Source: Isurus oxyrinchus (Eukaryota). Taken from it: a stretch of DNA of 64,000 bases. The notes beneath the pieces were generated by a model, which was not told the DNA's origin, ran no database searches, and was given only the letters and a program-made list of their open reading frames with translations. The stretch covers positions 1,364,001 to 1,428,000 of the forward strand of contig JANJGN010000089.1 in NCBI GenBank assembly GCA_026770705.1, read 5' to 3'. The translations under genes and the position numbers were made by a program. Shown piece after piece: positions 24,630 to 38,369 of this stretch (its first letter is position 1; each line of letters begins with the position of its first letter).

Positions 24630-25790
24630 TTGCCTTCACCAATTTCTCGCTATCTCTCTTTATCTCCCTCAGCGCTTCCCCACACCCCCAGTCTCTCTCC
24701 GTCAGTCTCTCTCTCAGACTCTCCCCAATCACGCTCCCTCTCCCTCAGCAGATTCCCATTCTGCCCAGCTTCCGCCCTCTGCATTTCTTATTCTCCCCTA
24801 CACCGAGCCCCCTAGCCTCTCCCCCTGTTTCTCTTTCTCTGTATGTCCTCCTGTCCCTCCTTTGTTCGTGCCTCATTCCAAACTCTCTCGTTCCCTCGCA
24901 GTGTCTGGCTCTCCCAGTGCTTTTGCCTCACCTCAAGACACTGTCTCTCCCAATCCCTCTCCATCTGCAGGTCGTAAGCCGCCAAGTATCTCTTTCCCTC
25001 TATCCCACTCTCTCCCCAGAACCCCAACCCTCTCCCAAACCATCCCAACCGCTTTCTGTCCGTGTCTCTAAATTTATCTCTCTCTATCTCTCGCTCTCAC
25101 TCCTCTCCCAGCATTTCCCTTTCTTTTTTTCCCGGTCTCAGCCTTCTTCATCCTCCATGCCCCCATCCGCCCCACCCCCGCTTCTATCGCTAAATCACAG
25201 TCTCCGATTCTCTCTCCTCCATCCTCTCTATTGCCAAATTTATCTCTCTTTCCATCTACCCCTAGTTTCTATCTTCTCTCCCAGTGTTAATCTTCCTCTC
25301 CAGTCTCTTCTTGTCTTCTTTTCTACCCACGTTTCTCTTTTATAATCTTTCCCAGACTCTCTCCACTCATTGTGCCTTCCATCCGCAAGTTTCTCTCTCT
25401 CTCTCCCGAATTTCCCCGGAGTACCGCCCGCCCAGTCTATATCTCTCCCCCTCTCTCTTTTCCTCAGTCTCTTTTAATCGCTCTATCCCCTGACCTGTGC
25501 CTCTCTTTCTGTCGCCAGTCTCAGTCACTCTCTCATCTCTCTCTCTCTATTTTGTTCCCCAATCTTTCTTGCTCTCTCAGTCTTGCTCTTTCTTTGTCTG
25601 CCCCAGCTTTTCTTTCCCTCATCACAGTTTCTTTCGCTCTCCAAACCCTATCCCCCAATGTCTCTCTCCCCTTTATCGATCTCTCCCTACCAGTGTTTAT
25701 TCCCTCTCCTCCAATCTCTCTCTCCCACAGGCGACCTTCTTTTTCTCTCACTCCCCCGCCTCACCACCGCCCCTCCACCCCATCAGCTTT
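24630..25790. repeat. ~1.15 kb CT-rich low-complexity tract
   Basis: Almost entirely C/T on the plus strand; the long S/L/P ORFs over it are compositional artefacts. Confidence 0.9.
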
Positions 25791-26804
25791 CCCAGTGCTC
25801 CTGAGGGCATCGATCAGCACGACTGCAAAATGATTTGTCAATAACCTCATCGGCTCCCTCCCATTGGCTTAAAAGGCCATCACACACAATGCACGCCTGC
25901 AAGTGAGCTGTCAGAGACCTCAAACATCCAGTTGGACAGTGTATATGGCACGCACAAGTAGAGTCCATTGCCTTCATCAGTTGACCATGAAGGATACCAT
26001 TTGCTGATTGGTCGTTAAATTCAGCAAGCAACCCGGAACAGGCTCCAGGTGTACATTGACTGAGGAGATTCCAGATGGCTGAGACCACCTTCACACACGG
26101 TCAGAAGTTAACTGATAGTGTCCCTTTCCTTAAGGGTGCATGATTACATAATTGGCTGAGGATGTTCTGACTCACCAGTACATCGTCGCGGATTTACTGA
26201 GATGGATTCCCGGCATGATGATGTCTTACTGGATTGGCTGAAGTGTAGCTCACTCACAGGACAGATCTCATTCAAACGGCTGAGCGTTCTCCGAAGGAAC
26301 GGACTGATTGACTTAGAATGCCATGATGCAAACTAAGGCACCTGCCAGTTAACAGACTGTTCTCTCTTATTGGCTAAAGTGGTTGTATTTCACCATCCCT
26401 GATGTGCTCATAAAGGTTGCGTAATCGTTTGCTTTTTCAGCAGGGTGAGCGGGATATGATTGGGGATTTTGGGTGCTATTGTTGGGATAGGGAAAGGGGG
26501 TTAGGACTCCTTCATTCACTGATCTGAACTCTCTGACTGTTTGAGGCGTCTGACAGCCTACAGAAGGCGCTCTTAGGTTGGCTGTGGCCTTTGTCAGTAA
26601 AAGACTGGAGCTCCGTAAATGGCTCAACATGGAAAAAGAGGAGGCAGCGTTTGGCGTCTCTCTCTCTCTCTCTTATAAACACCAGTTATGGTCCATGGTT
26701 CACCAACTTTTTGTCCTGTGTCTGTAGGGTGTTTGTGGATAAATATTTCATTCATGCACTAGAAACATTGGGAGCTGCCTCCGTGCTCTACTCAGTTGTT
26801 TGTT

Positions 26805-27688
26805 TTATTTTCCCTTTAATTTATGGATTGATGCAACCGGATATTTCAACACCTTTATCACCTGCTTCATGAACTTCGACTGATTCACCCCATTAATAAA
26901 TGTATTTGTGCAGCAATTGAACATCACCAGCATATATCTGAATTCTTGAAATGCAATTTCAGAGTGGGAGAGGGAAGCTGATCCTCTGATGTGGGAATAT
27001 ATGCAGGTTATAACATTCCCCAACCACAGCAATATAGATCTGCCGGATATGGTGAAGTGTGAAATCATAGATTTCTTTCTGCTCTCCAACTCTGGGCACT
27101 TTGATTCTCTCACTTGCTCTGAACCCTCAGTCCTTTACGGACACGACTGGTCACTAAAATGTGCCTGACAGTCAGAACGATAATCAACTGAGTTAAACCG
27201 AATGGGATCAATGGGGTTGTACCCTTATTAAACCAATCATTCACAGCCCATCCGGGAACAGTAACAGTGCTGGACATTTTAGCACAGCCCCACAGTATAT
27301 AGCCAATTATCATTCTATGTTCATATGTAAAGTAGATGGGGATGTTTCTCAAACAAATCAAAATTTTTGTTGTTGCTAGACCACAGCTGCAGTTTTTTTC
27401 TGATGCTATATTTTCTTTCAGCTTCTGGAAACAAATGGCCATAAGGAGAAAGTGACGGTGAACCAGTCGGAACACCCTGTGACTTCACAACACAGGACAA
27501 TGTTAGAACGAAGTACTGGGATGATGTTCAGTGAAGAGCATGGAAAATAATAACATCCGATCATGTTCAGTAAGACCACCATAATAAGGGCCAGTGTACC
27601 CGCAGTTACCATGGCAACTAGGTAGTGAGTGGTGAAAATAGAGAGGCCACACTTTCCCGGGACAGTATCACAATTCCCAGCAAGTTAA
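26805..27688 (-). pseudogene. GPR139-like GPCR pseudogene, copy C, exon 2
   Basis: Acceptor cccttacag, then NLLGIVILSR..YLVAMVTAGTL..CSDWFTVTF..NIPIYFTY..VLTVRHILVTSRVRKGLR..PELESRKKSM..NCCTNTFI..QSKF. Several frameshifts. Confidence 0.85.
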
Positions 27689-28199
27689 CTGTAAGGGTAG
27701 AAGGGGGAAAACACTGCTGCTCAAACATTATCGGTCACATTCCTGACAGTTAGCACAATAATATAGTGCCAAAAGCGTGTTTGTTGGGTGTGGGCCACAG
27801 GATATTTTTTTTTTATTAAACGCAAGCAGGATCCAAGCCAACATCCTAATTGCCTACTTCCCGTTTGAATGGAATCGGTACAGCGCTTAGGCTGAGAACT
27901 GCTCACAGGAAATGGGTTTGACATTTAAAGATGTCCATGAGGCTGGAATGCTCTGATTGGACCAGTTTTGCCGTCTTTCTCCATCAGACCCCACATGTAA
28001 CACAAAGACAACCAAGATTGGCATTGGAACCCTCATATTTCCCAACGCACAACTCAGTTTAAGCACCAATCTGGATTGGTCATTTCCTGAGACTATATTC
28101 AGGATGAGGTATGTCTCAACTCTGTGAATTTTGGAATCTGCAGGATCAGCACCCTAAGCCTGGAATCAGATTCTTCGCCAGGTGAGGATAAAATAAAAA

Positions 28200-29580
28200 C
28201 ATATCCTTCTCATCCCCAGGACACACTAATACGATGAACAGATTTTTTTTTTTGTAGGTTCCGGCCCTCCCCAGGACATATTATTCCATGGAATTAACCC
28301 TATCCAGGCTCGGCTCCTCCCCAGGATACAGCATTCCCAGGCATGAGCCCTCTGCAGGTTTGGGTCCTCCTGAGGAGACACTATTCTCAGCAGTTTATCT
28401 TACCAATGCCAAGCTTCTCCGCAGGGCGCTGTACTCCCGTGAATATGCCTTCCCCAGGTCTGCACAATTCCTAGGCCACACTCTTCCCAGTAATTGATCA
28501 CACCCAGCCTCGACCAGTTCACATTGCACTTTCCCCCCAGGAATATAGCCTTCCCAGGTCCTGACAATCAGTGGGAAAGATTTCTCCTGGATTAGGCCCT
28601 CTCCAGTTTCTTGCCCTCCCCAGGACACACTATGCACAAGAAGTGTCCCTTTCAAGGCTTGGGATTTCCCGGAGTGCAGTGTCCCGAGGAATGGAACCTT
28701 CCCAGGTCCTTACCATCCCCGGAGCCCTGTATTCCGAGAAATAGCCTTTTTGCTGGTTCTGACCCACCCCAGGGTCTGATTCCTGCGTCATTTATTCCAA
28801 AAGCTCCAGCTCCAGGATCGGACCCATTACAGCAACTGACATTCCCAATGATTGATTCCCTTCCAGGATCGGCACATTAATATTTGCATTCCAACTGTAA
28901 TTGGGCACTGCTCACGATTGGCCCCAACCATGGATCGTTTCGCCCCAGGAACCGACTCATTACTCATTGAAATCCAGCTACCACCATGGGGCCCGTCATT
29001 CAATCGGACTTCAGCGTGGATTAAGCCTGCAAATGATCAGGCCAACCACCTCCGCATGACCTGCAGCCCTCAGGATCAGAGCACCCTCAGACCCAAATGC
29101 CCTTCAGGGTAAGAGCACCTTCAGCATCATGATTCCTCTCGCTGGGTTAAGACTAGGGTCCCTTGGAGTAGAATCTCCTCATGATCAGACAACCTCTCCC
29201 CGAATCAGATTCTCATCTCAGGATCTGCACCATCAGGTTCAGGTCCCCACAAGATCTTGCCACCTTCTGTCCTGGATCAGACCTGACTCATATCAAAGTC
29301 CCTCGTTATCTTACCCATCCTACATTTGTGGTTATTAGATGACGTGTGTGTCAATCTGCCTACATATGATCAGCCACCTAAGCGGTGATGAGGCCATCCA
29401 AAGCATGAGAAAATTCTTCCCTTCAGAGCCCCCTCAGAACACCATCCCGAGGATAAGACATTCCTCGGATACAGATCAATTCTCTGGGAGAAAATCTGAT
29501 TTGCTCCAACACCAATGAACTGGATCTGCATCTTGGGAATCTGCATTCCAGGGATCAGGACAGCCATAGAGCCTGGGATC
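28200..29580. repeat. Degenerate ccccagga-rich tandem repeat region
   Basis: Recurrent cccagg / ccaggatc / attccc motifs at short irregular spacing. Confidence 0.5.
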
Positions 29581-29959
29581 CGACACTCTCCAGCTGCTTC
29601 TTAGGATTTTGAAGTTGTTAAAGTATGGGAGTCATCGTCTCCAAATTTGGAAATCAGGCACTCTCCAAATAAATCATAACGGGTTACAGCTGGATAAAAG
29701 ATTTAAAGGGTCGGGGGACTCATTGAAAAGGATATAACACTCCAGTGGGAGTGAAATTTGATGGCTTATGGTGGGTAGATCCGAGCTGTGTTGGCAAGCC
29801 TACCACCTGTGTATTAATAGGCAATTCCCCCAACTCTTTATCCAGCGGATTCCCCTTAGCTCGCATGACTCTGGTGTATCAATACTTCATTATCAGCACC
29901 GGCCTTTTCCATAAAATAGGGGCAATGGTTATAATGTGATTTTGTTTGGTCTCAATGAT

Positions 29960-30420
29960 CATTCTTAATAACAATAAAATTGTTAATTATAAAATCAGAG
30001 CAATAATTCCTGATTGAAATTCTGTTGTGTGAGTGTAGGAGGTGGAGGATAGAGAGGTTAGATTAGAAGTGGGATGTAGAATTAAAGTCACATGTAAGCT
30101 AAAGGTCGCACTTGCATCCTCAAAGTAGGAGTTCAGCAAATTGGTCACCCAATCTCAATTTGTTGCTTTCCCAATGTACTGGAGATGCTACCGTTACCAA
30201 CAAATGCAGTTGCTGAATTGTAACAAGTTCAAGCAAATCAGCACCTCATCTGGAAGGAATGTTTGTGACGTTGGGAAATGGAGCAAAGCGAGATAAAGAG
30301 GCAGATGCTTGATTTCTAGTCCTTGCACAGGAAGATGAAGTGGATAAGATGTTGTTTGTGAATGAGGAATGTAAGCAGGATGAGATTCCAAATGTTCATT
30401 TACTATCAATTAACTGTATG
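29960..30420 (-). mobile_element. Penelope GIY-YIG endonuclease remnant
   Basis: Reverse strand follows the shark Penelope pattern FQ.R..F.C...L.YIGE..RLGD.FAE.L (e.g. gtacattgggaaag..attgggtgaccaatttgctgaac). Confidence 0.6.
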
Positions 30421-30854
30421 TAGTACAGCTTTGGCATGGATATTTTTGGGGACGTTTTACATTATATTCACCTTAGTTACTAGATGCAAGGATGCCGTTT
30501 TGACCTAACACTGAATTAAGAGAAACAACATGCTTGCTGTCATTTGTAAAGTGCACAATCTCTTTAAGTGTCCTAACAATTATTGATCTGAAATTAGTAA
30601 AAAGCTGGCAATGCATCGTTGAACAAAATGGGTTTAAACATATTTAAGTAATAATCGAAGAATATGCAAATAAGTCCTTAGAATGTTGAAGATCATCCGA
30701 ACATTCTTGAGTTTGGAGAATTTGCTGATAGATGAAATTTTGAAGGATTTTGCCAACATAACTGACACCTGAGTAAAGTTCAAATCACCTTTAAAACTCG
30801 CAGGAGTGGACAAGGGTATCAGGATGGTGGAATCACGGGATAATGGAGGAATGC

Positions 30855-32685
30855 AAAGAACAACAAAGAACAAAGAAAAGTACAGCACAGGAACAGGCCC
30901 TTCGGCCCTACAAGCCTGCTCTGTTCTTATTGCCCATCAACTAAAACATTTTGCGCTCCCGCGGTAGGTATCCCTCTATTCCCATCCTACTCATGTATTT
31001 GTCAAACTCCCTCTTAAACATTACTATTGTACGTGCTACCACCAGCTCCTCTGCCAGCGAATTCCAGACACTCACTATCCTCTGCTTAAAAGACTTGCAC
31101 CACGCATCTCGTCTATAATTTTCCCCTCTCACCTTAAATCTATGTCCCCTAGTAATTAACTCTTCCACCCTGAGAAAAAGCTTCTCACTATCTACGTTGT
31201 CTATGCCACTCATAATTGTTAAACTTCTATCTAGGCGCCACTCAATCTCCGTCGCTCTAGCAAGAACTATCCGGGTTTCTCCGACCTCTCCTCATAGCTA
31301 ATAACCTCCAGAAAAGGCAGCATCCTGTTAAACCTCCTCTGCGCCCTCTCCAAAACCTCCATATCCTTCTGGTTATGAGGTGAGCATAATTGCACGCAAT
31401 ATTCCAAGTGTGGCCTAACCAAGGTTCTATACAGCTGCAGCATGACCTCCCAGCTTTTATACTCAAAACACCTACCAGTGAAGGCAAGCATACCAGCTGC
31501 CTTCCTGACTACCTTATACACCTGCGTTATCTCTTTCAGTGACCTGTGGACCTGTACACCCAGATCTCCCTGCCCTTCGATGCATTTAAGGGTTCTACAA
31601 TTTACTGTGTAATTCCTGCCTGTATTAGAGCTTCCGAAATGCATTACCTCGAATTTGTCTGGATTAAGGTCCTTCTGCCATCTCTCTGCCATGTCTACAA
31701 CCGATGTATATTATGTTGTCTCCTCTGACAATCCTCTTCATTTCTGCAGCTCCTCCAGCTTTAGTGTCATCTGCAAACTTACTAATTAGCCCAGTTACAT
31801 TTTTCTCCAAATCATTTATGTTTGCTACAAACAGCAAAGGTCCCAGCATTTTTCCCTTTGGAATTCCACTAGTCATAGTTCTCCATTCAGGAAAAAAACA
31901 CCATTCCACTGCTATCTCTGTTTTCTATGACCGTGCCAATTCTTTATCCATCTTGCCAGCTCACCTCTGATCCCGTGCGACTTTACCACCTGTACCAGTC
32001 TGCCATGCACTACATTGTCAAAGGCCTTACTGAAATCCATGTATATAACCTCTACTGCTCTTCTATCGTCAATCATCTTTGTCACTTCCTCAAAAAACTC
32101 GATCAAGTAGGTGAGACACGACCTCCCCTTCGTAAAACCATGCTGCCTCTCACTAACACGCCTATTTGCTTCCAAATAGTAGTAAATCCTGTCACAAAGA
32201 ATCTTCTCCAATAATTTCCCTACCAGGGATGTAAGGATCACCGGTCTGGAATTTCCAGGATTATACCTGCTACCGTTCTTAAACAGTGGAACAACATTGG
32301 CCATTCTCCAGTCCACTAGGACCTCACCCATAGCCATTGAGGAGGCAAAGATTTCAGTCAACGCTCCAGCTGTCTCCTCCCTTGGCTCCTTCAGCACTTT
32401 GGGGTAGATCCGATTTGACCCTGTGGACTTATTCAACTTATTACTCTTCAAGGCGCCTAAGATCTCCTCTTCTGTGATCTTAACATTATCGAGGTTATCT
32501 TCGGTTATCTTCCCAAGACAAATCGAACGCTAAGTCCCTCTCTTTGGTGAATAATGATGAGAAGTATTTGTTTAGTATCTCTCCCATTTCTTCTGGCTCC
32601 AAACATAAATTCCCACCGCTGTCATTGAGTGGGCTTCACGTTTCCCTGGCTACACTCTTGCTTTTTACATATGTATAAAAGGAAT
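30855..32685 (-). mobile_element. CR1 (HER1-like) LINE, 5'-truncated, relatively young
   Basis: Near-continuous ORF2: DWRMANVVPLFK, QHGFTKGRSCLT, YMDFSKAFD, SKFADDTK, LVRPHLEYC, TRGHRFKVRG. Tail (aacaaag)n at ~30860. Confidence 0.95.
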
Positions 32686-32689
32686 ATAT

Positions 32690-33350
32690 AGTTGGTGAAG
32701 AATTTCGCTAAATGTGGCAGAAATGTTTAGGGGTGATGCATTGAAGTTGGAGGCTGGTGGAGTGAAAGATGAAGACATTATTCCCCGTGGACGGGGAATA
32801 AGTGAAAGCTAGAACACAGGCAATGTGATGAACACAGCCATAGGTCATGTTCGCCAGCTTGTGGTGGGCGGCGGGGAGTGGTGGTGGTGGGTTGTGGTGT
32901 GGAACTGGGCTGAGGGTTAATGAATGATGTATAATGAATACATTTCAGAAGCGCTAGTCTGTTATGTTAGCATCGCTGGAATAGAAGGAATGGACGTGGA
33001 GGAATTGCGAGATATTGGAACAGAGACATTGCAGGAAGTGCAAGGGGAGGAAGTATAATAAAGAGAGCTGTCGAAGTCATTGAACATTTAGAAGATATCG
33101 GCAGAAACTGAGGTCAAGTGTTGAATAAGGGAAGGGAAGTGTTGGAGATAGGCCATGCGAAGGGGAAAGGTGCCAAAAATTAAGAGCAAAGTGCTGAAAA
33201 TGTTAATTCAATACTAACGAAGGAACTGGAACACAGGCAATCATAAAGGCACCCAAGACTCTAAGAAGTATTTGGAAAAAAATAGTCCAGCTCCCCTACA
33301 CACATAGGTACACATGTTATACACAAAGGCAGCATAGCGATCACACACGC
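32690..33350 (-). mobile_element. Penelope RT remnant
   Basis: Reverse translation gives FAWPISNTSLP and YTSSPCTSC (consensus FTWSISDTSLPFLD..DYTSSHP.SC). Likely the same element as 29960-30420, split by the CR1. Confidence 0.6.
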
Positions 33351-33859
33351 CGGCTCTCTCTGCAGAACAATTTCAGGGTAGAATATTACTATATTTACAT
33401 TCAAACTCCACAAACGTAGGCATTACAACAAGATATCTGTACAAAAATTGTGATGAAGTTCCTGCAAGGTTTAGATTTCAAGGGCAGAGCTGTTGAGGAA
33501 GAGTGGAGGCTCAGCATGAAACTAAGATATTCAATTCGCCCTTGAATGTCCAGTCGGAGATAGTTGACTGAAACTTGCCGGAAAACAGCCTTATCATAGT
33601 TATCAGGAAAGCTTCCACCCACGGTGACTTCGAGGAATCTCGGTTTACCCGGCTTTGGAGCAGAGAGAGGCAGTCTGACATGGACAGAATTGTAACTAGA
33701 CTCGTGGAGCACAGCAACGAATTCAGAGGGAATTAAGTCAGTCGTCCTGTGGTACGACGAGTGGACGGGGATTCAGAGCCTGAAGAAGGGGGAGAGATCT
33801 CCAGGGGGAGTAATTACACGGCAAAATAATCGAGTGAAATCAAAGCAAAACCCTGAATA

Positions 33860-34700
33860 AATTTAGGGCAGATGTTTGATAAAATATTCAAAGAGGATAT
33901 GGAACTAGTCCAAAGAACGTTAGACCAGTTAACATAAAGTCAGTGTTGGGATAAATAATGGAATCCAAATTTCATAGAAAATGATCTACAGGCACAGATT
34001 ATAATAAAGGGTCGGAAGAACATAGTTAAAATCAAGGTCAAATTCACTAATTTAATTGAATGTTCGTTGTGAATAATTATCAGAAATTATAAATGAGATC
34101 AGCACGATGGATGCAAATACTTTGATTTTCTAAAGGTATTAGATATGCTATAATATGACGGACTAATGACTAATTTCTGGGAAAATGGAGTGAAGGGACA
34201 TGCAGCAGAATGTTCAACAAGCAATTTTCAGGAAACAGAGAGTAGAGGTTAAAAGGCTTTACACAGATTCGTGGAAAGTCGGCGATTTGTGTTCCACATG
34301 TATCAGCGCTTGGATCGCTGTGATTGTTTTTTGCTTTTTCTGTCCGCATCACCGAGACAGAATCAAGACCAGACGGCAGAAAAACAATGTCAAAATGTAC
34401 GGACAAATCCAAATTTACAAAAAAGAAGATGAAGAATACAACAAAATCCCTGGTTAAATTATGGAATATAATGAATAAGACTGCACAGCGGACACTTTGA
34501 TGGTATATTAATTTCACTATAGCTAAGCTTAATTTTTATCATGGTAATCTGTTTCTCAAATACTGATGGGAAAACAAGTGTCTGAATGCGTAGAGAGGTG
34601 TAGCCGTCCAGAATATATTTGCACAAAGATTAAAGCAGAGGTAAAGGTTAACAAGACCCATTACATTAACACAAAGCATCGGAGTTAATTTCTATAACAA
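33860..34700 (+). mobile_element. Very old CR1 RT fragment
   Basis: Decayed RPV..SV.G.IME and DFLKVLD (DF.KAFD) motifs. Confidence 0.5.
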
Positions 34701-34999
34701 TGGAAGTGAACAAAGCACAAAGTGAACTGGAATTATGTAACTGCGCTGTCGGGTTGTTTAAATACCAGGAATGATATTAAATGTGTTTCTGTTGGAGCAA
34801 TTCACTAGGAAACAGGAAAAAATTGGATCCATACATGACACTTAGTACACTCATCATCAAATATTTTCAAACAACAAATCTTTCTCTGCTTTCAATCTAT
34901 TACATTGGTAAAAGACAGTCTGGACCACAGAATAGAAAGATCACTCACCAACCAACAATTTAGAAAAAAACACAGGTTTCGAATGTAGAACCACCTTAT

Positions 35000-35345
35000 T
35001 CTACTCTGGCTAGTGATGCACAGGCAGTACAATTCTACAATGCCATTTTCACTGGAGTCAGGCAATGCACAGTCAGTTCAATTCCACACCGACAGATACT
35101 CTCAATAGTACATGGTTACTGGGATCACGTGTTCCACTGTGGTTAGTGACACACACTCAGTACAATTCTACGCTGACAAATACTCAAAGTCATGCATGAC
35201 CCCTGTGGTCAAGTAATCCACTCTGGTTTGTGACCCACACTCAGTTAAATTCTACAAAGACTAATACTCCTAGTAATACATGATCACTAGTTTTCCACAT
35301 CCCACTCTGGTTAATGACAAACACTCAGTGTGATTTCACTCTGAC
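35000..35345. repeat. ~85-bp tandem repeat, ~4 copies
   Basis: ccact.tggtt.gtgac.cacactcagt.caattctac recurs at ~35002, 35050, 35134, 35218 and 35302. Confidence 0.7.
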
Positions 35346-35651
35346 CTCCTCCAATTCCATGCATTACAGAGTTTTCCATCAGGAGGACGGAATTAACTTC
35401 ATGCATTTTTTTCACTAAATGCAATAACCTGATAATTCAGAGAACTAGTAAGTCAAAAAATAAACCAGAAAAAACAGAGGTTCATTATCAGGTGAGGGAT
35501 ATAAAATACCCACAGCGATATTTCAAGGCTTTTTAAACTAAGCAAATGATACATTGGATCGGATATCTGTATATAGCTGACTATTAGATCAGCGTACAAC
35601 TATTTTAGTCACACACAAATTTACGCAACTTTAATGTTTATAAGTACATAA

Positions 35652-35718
35652 AGGGGTTACCAGTAACAGCAAGGATTAAGTAGGATATTCAATTTGCCAT
35701 ATCAATTTGTTCCAGAAT
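35652..35718 (-). pseudogene. Probable degenerate exon 1 of GPCR copy C
   Basis: Reads ILEQIDMAN*ISYLILAVTGNP plus 1 nt (67 nt, phase 1), paralleling IYYPILAAFGIP plus 1 nt in copies A/B. ATG and donor are both decayed. Confidence 0.5.
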
Positions 35719-36289
35719 TTTCACTGTGAAGCAATATATCTGTTCGTGCTACATGTGATCTCTCGATATTAATCTTTGAAATGATACATTCCCGAAGCCT
35801 TCCATTTCTAATCTCTCTAGAGATATTAAGGCTACAACATTGTTCAAGTTTTTTAGGCTTTTTTTATATATAATTAAGCAAACAGATTAAAACATCGAGT
35901 TCAGTGAATAAATGTGTTTTTTTCAGAGATTGAGATGCCAGTTCCAAAGACTGAACAATTCCCATCAGGTTTACTACCAAATGAAATTAGAAGCTGTTCT
36001 CCCTCAGCAAGAGTGCTTCCCATTGAAACACCATTTATCCCATCTCTAAATCTCATACTGAATAAGTGATGTCGTTCACTCGAGTGTGAGCATTCAGTAA
36101 TTGAATTACGATGTGATGGTCTCTTTTTGGTCTCTTCTCTCGTACTCTGGGATAGAGTTGGCCTCTTTACCTGGGGATAATCAGTGAATGGATTAAAAAT
36201 TATAAGCTGTGACCATTCAAATCAGAATTAAAATCATATAAAATCCGAATGTAATACAACTCTACAGTATGATTCCACATCGGAATCTA

Positions 36290-37030
36290 ACACAGCTCCT
36301 AAAACTAGTAACACATTTTAACCCTTTGGGAATCTTCAACAACAACACCCCGCTAAAAGAATAAAAGCCATTCAAAACACTTGCAAGAACTGGCAAAGAT
36401 GCAAAAACCGTTGCAGACCCTTTAACAAATAGAATCTCCAACCGATCCAAAACCTCTAACAAATAAAGACCTTCGATGCAAACTGTCGAACAGATCCTGC
36501 AATTGATACAGGGACTTCCACTTATGCAGGTCGTGCAGCTGTTACTGACGCTCCATTCAATGCAGATCCTCTCATAAATAAATGCCCTTCAACCTATACA
36601 GTCCCTGCAACAGTTATAGACATTTTAACTGTGACAGACCTTACACAAATACAGACTCGCTCTTCGATAGAGATCCTCCAACTGGTTCAGACCCAATGGA
36701 TAGCGCCCCAGCTAAAGACATATACACTCTACTTGATGCACAAGGTACAACTGATACAGAACCTTAAACCAATACAGACCCTCCAACCTATAAAACCCTC
36801 ATCTGATACAGACCTTAAACCTTATACAGAAACTTCAACCCATGCCGATGCTCCAACTCATACAGACACACGACATAATAAAGACCTTCTGACTGACAAT
36901 GACCCTCTCATTAATAAAGGCACTACAGCCAATAACGACAACCCAATGACACAGAACCCTGAATCGATGCAGACCCTCTAACTGGTACACAAGCTCTGAA
37001 TGATACACGCACTCCAAATAATGCAGACTG
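36290..37030. repeat. Degenerate ~18-bp tandem repeat (atacagaccctccaac..)
   Basis: acagacc / acagatcc recurs at 18-nt periodicity and gives D/T/P-rich pseudo-ORFs. Confidence 0.65.
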
Positions 37031-37099
37031 ACAAACCCATTCAGACACTTCATTCGGTAAGCACCTTCTAATGTTGTACAAGGAGGCAGTGACAACTCT

Positions 37100-37950
37100 T
37101 CGGATATGGTCTTGCGATTCAGAAGGTGGTTAAGGAGAGCCAGGGTATGACTTCAATGAGACAGGTAAGGGAACTCAGGAGCCTAAACCTGCACAATTGT
37201 CCATCAGGTCTAAGTGTCTGCCAGCTTCTTTGGGTGAGAGGGAGGCTGCAGCGTGGCTGAGATGGCACCGTGGTACAGGAAGATATACCAGTGGGGAGTG
37301 GATGAAAGGAGTGTAGTGGCAGTAGAGAACAGTATAGTGAGAGGGATCGATGCTGCAGTAAAGAACGGGACTTCCGAATGCTGTTTTGCCAGCCTCGTTT
37401 GAAGGTTTGGATGATCTAATAAGTGCTGGAGAGCAAATTACAGATGGAGGCGAGAGGATTCAGTCATTGTGCTCCATGTGCGCACCCATGAGAGGACAAG
37501 GAAGGGGGTAATGCCTAATCAGTGTGAGGAGATAGGCACAATATTAAGAATCAGAACTCCGAAGGTAATGATTTCTGAATTATTTCCTGAGCCACGTGGA
37601 GTTTGGCACAGGGCAAATAGGATTAGAAAAAAAAATGTACGTGGCTTAATGAATGCTGTGGTGGCTGGGTTTCATTTTTTGGGGCATTGACACTAGTAAT
37701 GGGGAAAGTGGGAACTGTGCTGTTGGGGCAATTTACACCTGATCAGTGCTGGGGCCAACTAACGAGCGAAGTAGGGAGGAGTTTGAACTCAATAGTTGGT
37801 GTAAAGGACCATATTAGGAAAGATGTGGTAAATCAGAGAGCAAGGCAAGCAAGAGAAAAAGGTATTAATATGCAAACTGATAAGCAGCCGTTGATAGGAA
37901 CGGATAGAGAGTACATCAGCAGTCAAGGTTAGGCGTGACGAAAATAATAC
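37100..37950 (+). mobile_element. CR1 ORF1 (SGNH esterase-like) remnant
   Basis: VVAVENSIVRGID..RDFRMLFCQP and LRIRTPKVMISELFPEPR match the CR1 ORF1 pattern VVIGDSIVRG..RDSRMVCCLPG..RTSKVVISGLLPVPR. Confidence 0.7.
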
Positions 37951-38369
37951 AAGGATTAACTCCTACTGTTCCTGTGTATCGGGATCTGGAGGTCATAAGG
38001 GAACTTCTTCGTGTTTCAATGTTCCAGGCAGGGGAGGTGCTGAATGGAGCTTCTCAGTTACTGTGAAAGAGGCTGCAGAGGAGGCTGAATTACATTTTCC
38101 TGTTCCCAAGTAACGAGGCTGAGCTGGTATTAGCGACCTTCATCTCTTTCTGTGTAACAGACTCAAGAGGGGAAGAATGGGCATTCCTTTCTGTGTAAGA
38201 ATTTTGCGAAGGGTGTGAGCGGCCTCAGGCTGTTCTTGTTCAACAGATCAATCTGGTGGGGGGTTGCGAGGGTGAGGTGGTGCTGGTGGGGTGTGATGAG
38301 TGGGAGGCCTCCTCTTCCGGTGTAACGGGCTCGACTGTGGGCTGAACTGCTCCTGAAAATTGTCTCTTT

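Noticed and set aside
24626-25345. Longest ORF in the window (239 aa)
   Set aside because: Artefact of the CT-rich tract, which lacks stop codons; no domain signature.
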